Of a DNA stretch of 64,000 bases, positions 11,592 to 23,337 are shown piece after piece; position 1 is the stretch's first letter, and every line of letters starts with the position of its first letter. The DNA is taken from positions 336,908,001-336,972,000 of the forward strand of contig OZ024741.1 of the NCBI GenBank assembly GCA_964016885.1, in the 5' to 3' direction. This DNA is from Eledone cirrhosa. Taxonomy: Eukaryota. Made by a program: the position numbers and the translations under genes. The notes below the pieces were generated by a model. It was given only the letters and a program-made list of their open reading frames with translations. It was not told the DNA's origin and did no database searches.

Positions 11592-14100
11592 ATCATCATC
11601 ATCAGCATCATCTTCGTTTAACGTCTATCTTCCACGCTAGAATGGGTTAGACGGGAGTTGTCCCACTTGAGGCAAGGTTGGTCGCGTGACCGTGTTTCGC
11701 TCATATAGGACTATCTGGCAGGTTTTCTATGGCTGGATGCCCTTCCTAACACCAACCACATTTACAGTGTGGAACTGGGAACTTTTTACCGTGTTACCTA
11801 CACGTTACATTACAGCGTGGACTGTGTGTTTTTTTGTTGTGACACCTACACGATCTCGATCTCATTATCTCATTTATTTGGACTGGATGTTGTGGTACCA
11901 ACTTTACAGAGCGAGAGCGGTGTTGGTGGGAGTGGGAGGATAGGGTAGGGGTAGTGGATTGGGGTGTATATTTGGTTAAGAGGTGCCTACTGACTGTAGG
12001 TTTCGCTTTGTACATAGCGCCAAAGATCTCGGTCCAGTGACATTATCTTAGAGAGGTGCAAGTGTGTAAGGCCGGAATTTATCAGATCGTCCCAGGTTTT
12101 TCTGGGTCTACCTACTCCGTAACTACCATCAATTTTGATCGCTCTGCACTTTTTAGCTGTCATCTTTCATGCGCATCACGTGACCATACCAATGTAGTCT
12201 TCTCTCAAGTAAACAGCATCTGATCCCTCTTATTCCTAATTTCTCACTTAGTTCATTTATGCTTTGCCACTCACGTATATTACTATTACACATCCAACTG
12301 AGCATACAAGCTTCATTCCTCTCCAGTCTGCACAGGTCCTCTGCACGTAATGCCCATGTCTCACTGCCATGTAGCATTGCTATTCGTATACAGGGATCAT
12401 ACAATCTGCATTTCATTTTTAGAGAGAAACCTTTTGTGGCCAACAGCGGTATAAGCTCTCTGAACTTTTTCCCTCCCGTTCTGACTGGCTACTGTATTTT
12501 CAGAACACCCTCCACCACTGCTGATTTCGTCACCCAGGTAACGGAAAGTATCCACTATTTCTATAGAACCATCTGGGCAATAGAAGGAGCCTACTCCTTT
12601 CCTACACATGGCCATTTCCCTGAGAGCACCTGTGCCCTATTTTCCTTTCTACAAACTAGAACTTTAGTCTTAGACAAGTTAACTTTAAGGCCTTTTGATT
12701 CTAGGCAATGCTTCCATGTTTGGAATTTCTTCTCTAGTTCAGCCATTGATTCAGCTATGAGCGTTAGAGCATCTGCGTATAGGAGTTCCCATGGGCAGCC
12801 AGTCTTGAACTCCTCTGTTATAGCCTGAAGGGCAATAATAAATAGGAGGGGGCTAAGGACAGAGCCTTGATGAACACCAACTATTACACTAAACTCTTCA
12901 CAATATTCATTGTTAATTCTAACCTTACTGACTGTTTCTTTATAGCTTGTATAGCTCTCACAAGCCATTCATCTACACCTAGTTTTCTAAGAGCCCACCA
13001 GATAATGGAGTGAGCGAATCTGTCAAAGGCTTTCTCCAGGTCTACAAAAGCTAAGTAGAGGGATTTACCTTTAGCTAGGTACTTCTCCTGTAGTTGTCTT
13101 ATAAGGAAAAGAGCGTCTGTGGTACTTTTACATGACACAAACCCAAACTGCATTTCATCTAGATCAATTCACTCTCTGATTAGTTGCGCTATAACTCTTT
13201 CTGTAACCTTCATGAACTGGTCAACTAACTTAATGCCTCTATAGTTTCCCCTATCTAGAGCATCCCCTTTACCCTTGTAGCAGTTAATGATGATGCTGCT
13301 ACACCAGTCTTTTGGTATGACCCCATTCTGTATTACTTGGTTAACTATATGGGTGACCATAGTATGTCCCACCATTCCAGATGCCTTCAACATCTCAGCA
13401 ACTTTCTCCGAAGGCCCAGCTGCCTTGCCTGTCTTCATATCTTTGATTGCCTTACTTATTATACTACCTTCAACTTGCACCGCTGGTCCTTCTATTGGAT
13501 CGATTTGGGGCAGACTATCTTTTTCCCATTTATTCTCCTCATTTAATAGTCTCTCATAGTGACACTTCTAGGCTATCTTCTTATCAGTATCAGTGAGGCC
13601 AAGTACACCATTATCATTACGGACACACTTCTCCCCGACAATATCACGGTTTTCCTTGACACATTGTCTAGCAATCCTGAACACCTCACGTTTTTGGTAC
13701 TCACGTTGTAGAATATGCTTGAACTTTCTATCCTCTGCTACCCTTTTTGCAAGATACACTTGTCTCCTAGCTTCTCTCCTGGCCACTTGATAGTGTTCTC
13801 TACTTCCCCCATCCTGCAATACTTTCCAAGCCTGCTTTTTGGCCTTGATTGTCTCTTCTACCTTACTGTTCCACCACCAAGTTACTCTCCTCCTGCCAAT
13901 AGGTCTGCTCCAACCACAGATTTCATCCGTTGCTTTCAGCAGGTTCACTTTCAAGAATTGCCACTGTTCCTCTATATTGCATGTCTCTAATTGCTCTTCC
14001 TTATTTCCAAAGGCATCAAGTAATAAGCTTTTAAATTTGTCACTGGTTATGGGGTCCTTCAACTTCCATATTCTTCTCCTCAAGGTAGGCCTTCTCTGAT
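11592..14100 (-). mobile_element. Decayed RTE-clade LINE (subfamily A), frameshifted, YADD changed to YADA
   Basis: ORF fragments 13568-14083 (TWWWN), 13169-13480 (KGKGDALDRGNYRGI), 12884-13153, 12591-12968 and 12153-12443. Shares the 3'UTR with the 15990 copy. Confidence 0.9.
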
Positions 14101-14686
14101 GTCATATATATATATACACACACACACAAACATATGTGTGCGTGCGTTAAACTGATGTTTATGTCGGTGGTGGTGGTGGTGACAATGCCGATGGTGGTGA
14201 TGACGATGATGATTTATAAAACATATTTTATATATTTTAAATCAAATAGTACAACTTCCCTAATATTTTCAATTGACATTTAAATCTTTCTCTTTCTCCT
14301 CAATCAATAATACCTCCATTTATATTTTAACACTTAATATTTTGAAATAGTTATAAATTTTTTCTTTCCTGTAGCTATCCCATAATTAATTTTGAAAGGT
14401 GCTTATTGCAAGTGATTAACGACTCACATTAATTTTCAAATTTATTCATTTAGTGCTTTAGCAGGCAAACAGAGTCATATTAAGTTCATATTTGTTTGGT
14501 ATGAAAAATTTCTGATACAGTATGAACATGTTTTATAGTAACCCCAAATAATTGGAGAAATGGAACTCTGTACAAGCTTAACATTTTTCCTTGTTAATAA
14601 TTATATGGTGTTCTCAATCCATGAAGCAGAGATCTGTATATACATATATATATATGTGTATGTGTATATATATATATGTGTATGTG

Positions 14687-14765
<79 letters not shown>

Positions 14766-14812
14766 GTATGTATATATTGATATATGAATGCATGTATGTA
14801 TATATATATATG

Positions 14813-14846
<34 letters not shown>

Positions 14847-14849
<3 letters not shown>

Positions 14850-15858
14850 TCATCATCATCATCATTTTATGTCTGCTTTTCCCTGCTTGCAGGGGTTGGA
14901 TGGGTCCTATTCAGCACAGCATCACTCCACTTGCCACGGTCCTTCGTCATCTCCTTGGTGAGTTTCAGCGATCTGAGGTCTGCTCTTACCACCTCCGCCC
15001 ATGTTTTTTGTGGTCTACCTCTACTGCTTCTTCCTTCTACTGGGATTTCTTGGCACTTCTTTACCCAGCGGTCATCCTCCATGCGCATCACATGTCCATA
15101 CCATCTCAGCCTTCTCTCCTGCACACCCCAACTCATCCCTCTTATACCCAGTTTCTTTCTCAACTCATCTATGCTTGGTCATTCACGCACATTGGCATTC
15201 CACATCCAATAGAACATACTTGCCTCATTTCTCTTCAGCCGTCGCATATATCCTGCAGTTGCTGCCCATGTCTCACTACCATGCAGCATCGCACATCTCA
15301 CACAGGCATCATATAACCGTCCTTTCGTATACAGGGAGAAACCCTTCTTTGTCAACAAAGGAAGCAGCTCCCTAAACTTCTTCCAACCCGTCCTTATTCT
15401 AGATACTATGGCCTCGGAACACGCCCCTCCTATGTTAATCTGATCATCTAGGTACCAGAAGCTATCAACCACTTCTATAGAACCCATCTGCATTGGAAAA
15501 ATGTGTCTATCACTGCGGTTACTACTGCCAACTTTCTCTGTACATCTACTGCATACGTAGTTTTCCCTACCTGTTAGTTTGCCTGCTATTCCACTACATC
15601 CCTTGTGTACCCAAGATCTGCATTGCGTACATTTTGGGGAATTTATGCCAGTTCCTTTCCTACATATCGAACATGGCCATTTCCCTGATGGAATCAGAGT
15701 ATTGTCCTCTCTTCTACTTATCAACACTTTTGTTTTAGTTATGTTCACTCTCAGTCCTCTTGATTCCAACTGCTGTTTCCATAGCCAGAATTCATTCTCT
15801 AGCTCCTCTACTGATTCTGCTATAAGAACCAGATCATCAGCATAGAGAAGTTCCCAGC
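14847..15858 (-). mobile_element. 5'-truncated RTE-clade LINE (subfamily B)
   Basis: ORFs 15179-15904 and 14867-15163: WELLYADD, CSIC..C..C..H..C..C..C, RLRWYGHVMRM; (GAT)n tail. Confidence 0.88.
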
Positions 15859-15988
15859 TGTAGAAAACCTGCCAGATAGTCCTATATGAGTGAGACACGG
15901 TCACACGACCAGCCTTGCCTCAAATTGGGACAACTCCCATCTAACCCATGCTAGCATGGAAGATGGATGTTAAACGATGATGATGATG
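15855..15988 (+). mobile_element. Inverted 3'UTR fragment of RTE subfamily A
   Basis: Reverse complement of 11610-11735; ends in (GAT)n. Confidence 0.8.
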
Positions 15989-15989
15989 A

Positions 15990-17670
15990 TCATCATCATC
16001 ATCATCATCAACGTTTAACGTCCGTGTTCCACGCTTGCATGGGTTTGGACGGGGGTAGTCCCACTTGAGGCAAGAGTGATTGTCTTGCTCGCATAGGACT
16101 GTCTGGCAGGTTTTCTACAGTTGGATGCCCTTCCTAACACCAACCACATTTACAGTGTGGGTCTGGGAGGTTTTTACCGTGTTGCCTACACGGCCACATT
16201 ACAGCGTGGACTGTGTGTTTTTTTGTCGTGACACCTACACGATCTCATTTGTTTCGGCCTCGATGGCGCGGCACCAACATAACTTTACATAGAACGGGGT
16301 GGTGTGGATCGGGTGGGGGTGGTGGTGGTGGGACGGGGTGTATTTTGTTAGAGATGCCTACTGGCTGGAGTAGGTTTTACTATATATTTAGGTAAGGCGG
16401 GTCTTCTCTGTTACTGAGTACCGCCAAAGGTCTCGGTCCAGTGACATTGTCTTGGAGAGGTGTAAGTGTGTGATGTCGGAGTTTATCAGCTCGTCCCAGG
16501 TTTTTCTAGGTCTGCCTATTCCGTGACTACCGTCTATCTTTATTGCCCTGCACTTTGTTATACAGCTATCGACTTTCATGCGCATCACGTGTCCATACCA
16601 ACGTAGCCTTCTCTCGAGTAAACAACATCTGATCCCTCTTATCTCTAATTTTTTCCTTAGTTCGTTTATGCTTTGCCGTTCACGTATATTACTGTTACAC
16701 ATCCAGCGGAGCATGCAAGCTTCGTTCCTCTCTAGTCTGCGTATATCCTCTGCACACAATGCCCAGGTCTCACTGCCATGCAGCATTGCTGTTCGTATGC
16801 AGGCATCGTACAACCTGCCTTTCATTTTTAGTGAGAACCCTTTAGCAGCTAATAGTGGTATAAGCTCTCTGAACTTTTTCCAACCAGTTCTGACTCTAGC
16901 TACAGTACTTTCAGAGCACCCTCCCCCACTGCTGATTTTATCGCCCAGGTAACGGAAGCTGTCCACTATTTCTATAGAACCCTCTGCGCAATTGAAAGAG
17001 CTAGTAGTTTGTGGGCACTTGCTGCTACTTATTGCACCAGAGCACCGGCCACATGTAAAATCTATGTTCTTAGTTAGCTTACCTGTGATCCCACTACATC
17101 TTTTATGCACCCATACTTTGCATTTAGGACATAAAATGGAGTTTCTACCTACGCCTTTCCTACACACCGAGCACGACCATTTCCCAGAAGGGACCGCCGC
17201 CTTGTTTTCTTTCCTACAAACTAGTACTTTGGTCTTAGCCAGGTTAATTTTAAGTCCTTTTGACTCTAGGCCGTGCTTCCATGTTTGGAATTTCTTCTCT
17301 AGCTCGGCCATTGATTCCGCTATGAGTGTCAGGTCGTCTGCGTATAGGAGTTCCCATGGGCAGCCTGTCTTGAACTCCTCTGTTATAGCCTGAAGGGCAA
17401 TAATAAATAGTAGTGGACTGAGAACAGAGCCCTGATGGACGCCAACTTTTACGCTAAACTCTTCACTATATTCGTTGTTAATTCTAACCTTGCTGACTGT
17501 TTCTTTATACATGGCTTGTATAGCCCTCACAAGCCATTCGTCAACGCCTAGTTTTCTAAGAGCCCACCAGATAATGGAGCGGGGGACTCTGTCGAAGGCT
17601 TTCTCCAAGTCGACAAAAGCTAAGTAGAGGGGTTTACCTTTAGCTAGGTACTTCTCCTGTAGTTGTCGTA
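15990..17670 (-). mobile_element. 5'-truncated RTE-clade LINE (subfamily A); uninterrupted RT C-terminal ORF 16388-17670 plus 3'UTR and (GAT)n tail
   Basis: AFVDLEKAFD, GVHQGSVLSPLLF, LLYADD, FRYLG, RLRWYGHVMRM and GRPRKTW motifs. The ORF start at 17698 is a SINE/(TA)n artefact. Confidence 0.92.
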
Positions 17671-17687
17671 CTATATATATATATGTG

Positions 17688-17968
17688 TGGAGGCGCATGG
17701 ACTAGTGGTAAGGGTGTTGGACTTATGATCATAATGTCGTTGGTTCGATTCCTGGGATGCGTGTTGTGTTCATTTCACATTCATTGGTCCAGTATACTCA
17801 GCTGAAAATGAGTACCTGCAATAGCTGGGTGTTTAACCCTGCAATAGACTGGCATTCTGTCCAGGGGGGTGGGGGTGGGGGGTCTTGTACTCTCAGTGGC
17901 TTCACGCCATTAAACCTGGATAAACACCGGCCAAATGAGCCTTCTGGCATAAGACAGACGTTAGACTT
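17688..17968 (+). mobile_element. SINE family B
   Basis: Aligns to 23053-23337 with an internal deletion. Confidence 0.8.
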
Positions 17969-17994
17969 TATACATATGTACATATGTATATATA

Positions 17995-18570
17995 TCATCA
18001 TCATTTTCATCATCATTTTACGTCCGCTTTTCCCTGCTTGCAAGGGTCGGACGGGTTCTATTCAACACAGCATCTCTCCACTTGTCATGGTCTTTTGACA
18101 TCTCCTCCGTGAGCGTCAGTGATCCGAGCTCTGCTCTCACCATCTCCTCCCATGTTTTTCGTGGTCCTCCTCTACTGCATCTTCCTTCTACTGGGATTTC
18201 TTGGCACTTCTTTACCCAGTGGTCATCCTCCATGCGCATCACATGTCCATACCATCACAGTCTTCTCTCCTGCACACTACAACTTATCCCTCTTATACAC
18301 AGTTTCTCTCTCAACTCGTCAATGCTTAGTCATTCACACACATTGACATTGCACATCCAATGGTGCATACTTGCTTCATTTCTCTTCAGCCGTAGCATAT
18401 CCACTGCAGTTGCTGCCCTTGTCTCACTACCATGCAGCATCACGCATCTTACACAGGCATCATATAACCAGCCTTTCGTACGTAGGGAGAAACCCTTCTT
18501 TGTCAACAGAGGAAGCAGTTCCGTAAACTTCTTCCAACTCGTCCTTATTCTAGATACTATGGCCTCGAAA
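17995..18570 (-). mobile_element. RTE subfamily B 3' fragment
   Basis: Colinear with 14850-15420 (MRMEDDHWVKKCQEIPVEG). Confidence 0.88.
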
Positions 18571-18804
18571 CATATATATATACACAGATCTCTGCTTCAA
18601 GGATATAAATATATATATAATTAGCTCCAACAGTGACATATACAGGCAATTAAGTTTTATTGAGTTATACACCCAACTCATTCAGCCTATTATCACAACA
18701 AAGATGTCCTCTGTGTGTGTGTATGTGCGTGTGTTAAACTGATGTTTATGGTTTAGAGCCACATGATCCTTATATATATTATATATTTATCTCTTCTGAT
18801 ACAT

Positions 18805-18963
18805 ATCATCATCATCATCATCATTATTTTACGTCCGATTTTCCTTGCTTGCAAGGATGGGATGGGTCTTATTCAGCACAGCATCTCTCTATTTGTCACG
18901 GTCCTTCATCATCTCCTACATGAGCTTCAGCGATCTGGGGTCAGCTCTCACCACCTCCGCCCA
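18805..18963 (-). mobile_element. RTE subfamily B extreme 3' fragment
   Basis: Aligns to 14850-15002. Confidence 0.8.
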
Positions 18964-19414
18964 TAATTTATATACATATAAATGACAGTCTAGCACACAT
19001 AAGACTTAACCAACAGTTATATTGATTGTGCTATTGTGGGTGAATTATGACATTTAAGAGCTTTATATCCAACTTTGGTAGAAGACATGTGCCTATGGTA
19101 CTCTACAGAGAAGTTGAAATGTGAATCACGGAGCTGCAAATAAATTTTCTTACCCTTTTATAACCATATTTTTTAATAAAATATATTGCCTGTGATTTCC
19201 AAATTTTGAAAGGATTTAGTAAAATAACTTTTTTATTATTTAGTTGGTGTTTGAAAAATAACTTAACAAAGATTCTTATTTAAAATTATGATAGAGTTTT
19301 AAGATAATAAATATAAGCATTTTATAATAGACAGCTTAGTGTAGTAGAATCAGTAGCAGTTTCAGGTGGTTTGATACCAAAAGAGTTAACAATACAACCA
19401 TGCATGCACTCATT

Positions 19415-19910
19415 AACTCTTTCAATACCAACCTTCCAGTAGGTTTCTATGAAACAAAATGTTTTTTTTTAAAGGGTTGATATTTATTTAAAATCCTTCC
19501 ATCATAGTTTTATGTGAGAACCTTTGTTAAGCTATGTTCCAAACCTCCTGAAACCATCCCTGATTCTATGATACAAACTGTTTCTTTTAAAGTGTTGATA
19601 TTTATCTAAAAACGTTCCATCTTAATTCTATGTAAGAACCTTTGTTAAGCTATGTTCCAAATTCCATATTAACCCTTTTGATACCAGCTCACCCAGAACT
19701 ACTACTATTTCTATGAAACAACACCCCACCATTTCAAAAGTTTCCTACCTATGTTAAACCCCACCAACAATTTTATATAAGAACATCTTATGTTGCAAAT
19801 ACCATGTTAATGAAATTAAAATTTTAGTAAGTCCTTCCCAAATTCTTCCTAAATTAATTAATTAAAATACAAAGTATTTCATTAGAAATATGGTAATTAA
19901 ATGATTAATT
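19415..19910. mobile_element. Cluster of a second TTAA-flanked MITE family
   Basis: ttaacccttttgatacca...atgttccaaac...ttcattagaaatatggtaa. Relatives at about 2960, 4825, 6180-6710, 19160-19390 (inverted) and 26150-26292 (ends aaagggttaa). Confidence 0.55.
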
Positions 19911-20932
19911 AAGTACATAATAACAGCTTAGTGGACAATAGAAAGTTGAAAATCTTTGCCATGGTCAAAGTATCCCCTCATGGGTACTAGTAGTGAAATA
20001 TTATCACTAGTAGTACTGCAGATTGTCATATCCTAGCTTAGCTACTCCGTCAGTTACCAAACTAAAAGCTAGAAGACAGGTAAAAAAAAAAAAATAGGAA
20101 GGAAAAGAAAACAATATAGTTGACATTCTTCACATTTATACCTTTTTATTTTTTGCTGGAAAAAAAATTTTTCTTCTTTTCATGAAAAAATTTTTTTTTC
20201 TCATTTTTTTCCTTTATTTTTTTTTCTTGAAAAATGTTTTTCTTTTATTTTCATTATTTTTATTTTATATTTTATTTTTAGTTTTTTTATTTCATTTTAT
20301 TTTATTATTTTTATTATTTCTTATTTTTATTATTTTTTTTTGCATTGGGAGTACAGTGTAAAAGAAAATTGTCTAACAGTAAGAATGCCATTGTAAAGAT
20401 ATAGTTTTACTGAAATACGTATTTTCCTTTTCCCCAGCAAGATAACGACTAACCGTAAAGGAAATATATAACCTGATCAATAATAAAAAAGAAAAGAAAA
20501 TCAATTCTATTTTTTTCAAATTTATAGCTCACATTTCACCATTATCATCATCATCATCATCATCATCAGGTTCATCGTTTAACATTCGTTTATCCTTTTA
20601 TTTTTATTCCTACACCACTTTTTTTTTCTACAACACTATTATTATTATTTTTTTTTTTATACAATATTAAAATTCTAAGCACATTTAAGACAGTGGAATT
20701 GCAAGAAACTTACCTGTAATTAACATATTAAATTACCTTTACTTTGTCCCTGTGTTTAATTGTTTTATTTTGACTTTTCTTTTTTATTCCACTATAATTC
20801 AATATGAAATAAGAGGCAAAGCAGATTCTCTAAAGCAATATATCAGGTTACTCTCGTCTAGTATTATTCCATGCATTTATTTTATCAATCTTGGTAGGAT
20901 GGGAGAGATGGATGAACTCTATTGTGTTAATA

Positions 20933-22290
20933 TATTATCATCATTATCACCATTATCATCATTATCATCATTATCACCATTATCACCATTATCATCATTA
21001 TCATCATTATCACCATTATCACCATTATCACCATTATCACCATTATCACCATTATCCCCATTATCCCCATTATCCACATTATCCCCATTATCCCCATTAT
21101 CCACATTATCACCATTATCCCCATTATCCCAATGATCCCAATTATCCCCATTATCCCTATTATCATCATTATCCCCATTATCCCATTATCACCATTATCC
21201 CCATTATCACCATTATCACCATTATCACTATTATCCCCATTATCCCATTATCACCATTATCACCATTACCCCCATTATCACCATTATCCCCATTATCACC
21301 ATTATCCCCATTATCACCATTATCCCCATTATCCCCATTATCACAATTATCACCATTATCCCCATTATCCCTATTATCATCATTATCCCCATTATCACCA
21401 TTATCCCCATTATCCCCATTATCCCCATTATCCCCATTATCACCATTATCACCATTATCCCATTATCACCATTATCCCCATTATCACCATTATCACCATT
21501 ATCCCCATTATCCCCATTATCACCATTATCCCCATTATCACCATTATCACCATTATCCCATTATCACCATTATCCCCATTATCACCATTATCCCATTATC
21601 ACCATTATCCCCATTATCACCATTATCACCATTATCCCCATTATCACCATTATCACCATTATCCCCATTATCCCCATTATCCCCATTATCCCATTATCAC
21701 CATTATCCCCATTATCACCATTATCCCCATTATCCCCATTATCCCCATTATCACCATTATCCCCATTATCACCATTATCCCCATTATCACCATTATCCCC
21801 ATTATCACCATTATCCCCATTATGCCAATTATCACCATTATCCCCATTATCACCATTATCCCCATTATCACCATTATCCCCATTATGCCAATTATCACCA
21901 TTATCCCAATTATCACCATTATCGCCATTATCCCCATTATCCCTATTATCATCATTATCCCCATTATCACCATTATCACCATTATCACCATTAACACCAT
22001 TATCCCCATTATCCCCATTATCATCATTATCCCCATTATCACCATTATCCCCATTATCCCCATTATCCTCATTATCACCATTATCCCCATTATCCCCATT
22101 ATCCCCATTATCCTCATTATCCCCATTATCACCATTATCACCATTATCCCCATTATCCCCATTATCCCCATTATCCTCATTATCCCCATTATCACCATTA
22201 TCACCATTATCACCATTATCCCCATTATCTCCATTATCACCATTATCACGATTATCACCATTATCGTCATTATCACCATTATTACCACCA
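20933..22290. repeat. 9-bp minisatellite (CCATTATCC / CCATTATCA), about 1.35 kb
   Basis: Directly visible; generates the HYP/IIP/SPL and DNG/IMG pseudo-ORFs. Confidence 0.97.
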
Positions 22291-23052
22291 CAACCACCAT
22301 CATCATCATCAACATCAGCATCAGCAGCAATAGTGACAGCATCATTCTGATGTCTATTTTCCACATCCCATACTATCATGTCTTGGATGAGTCTACTCCA
22401 TCACATCATTCCACCACGTGTCTCTTACCTTTTCCATCTCAGCATCACTCCCCCCTTCTCACATTACCATAACTCCCTCCATTTCACATCTCCACCATCA
22501 TAACTCCCTCATCACCACCAAAACTCAAGACAATCATAACCCTCAAAATTTTAAGTCTGACACAGCTCAAAATTTCTCAGAGAAAAAAAAAAAATAATAA
22601 ACCAAATATTCATCATCATCATCATCATCATTATTTAACATCCATTTCCTATGCCAGCATGGGTTAGACAAGTTGTCCCATTGTGAGACAAATGAGATCA
22701 GGTGACTGTGTCTTGTTCATATAGAACTGTTTCTGGCTTAGTTTCTACAGCTGAAACAAAAACAAAACAAACAATAAAAACTAAAACAATATACTTACTA
22801 ACTGAAGTTGTTTACATTTTCTTCATTGGTATTTTGTTCAGATGCAAAATATATTTAGCAGTTAAAGCAGAATATAATATTATATGAACTAATCAATATT
22901 TAATTTCAAATAATTACATCAAAGACTGTCTGTGTTTATTGGGAAAAAATAATAAATAACGGTTTTATACTGGCAACAAGGTCAGTGAGGCATTACATAA
23001 CACTTGTAATGATTTATAAAAAATGATTTAAGAGAGTGGAGAGTAGATTAAT

Positions 23053-23337
23053 GTGGAGGCATGTGGCCTAGTGGTAAGGGTGTTGGACTTAAGATCATAA
23101 TGTTGTGGGTTTGATTCCAGGACTGGGTTGTGTGTTGTGTTCTTGAGCAAAACACTTCATATCACGTTGCTCCAATATACTCAGCTGGAAATGAGTACCA
23201 GCAATAGCTGGAGGTTTAACCCTGCAATGGACTGCTGTCCTGTCCCAGGGGGGAGTCTTGTACTCTCAAGCATTTCACACCACAGGAACTAGGATAAGCA
23301 CCAGCCTGATGAGCCTCTGGGCTCAAGACAGACTTTA
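23053..23337 (+). mobile_element. tRNA-derived SINE family B, full-length representative
   Basis: ggaggcatgtggcctagtgg A box, ggtttgattcc B box, gttcttgagcaaaacactt core. Other copies at about 6762, 6955, 17688, 23964, 30940 and 43895 (+), and 35290 and 61870 (-). Confidence 0.85.

Noticed and set aside
20700-20760. Minus-strand donor ACAG|gtaagt suggesting an antisense exon
   Set aside because: No convincing acceptor or reading frame, and no other minus-strand exons were found.
20891-22472. His/Tyr/Pro-rich or Asp-Asn-Gly ORFs up to 446 aa, resembling structural proteins
   Set aside because: Open in multiple frames on both strands, frame-shifted by 8-bp units, with no signal peptide or splice support. 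Explained by the 9-bp minisatellite.
23300-23335. CTGATGA in SINE B tails (also 7219, 31186, 44092) as hammerhead cores
   Set aside because: Followed by a hairpin, but there is no GAAA, stem III or stem I.
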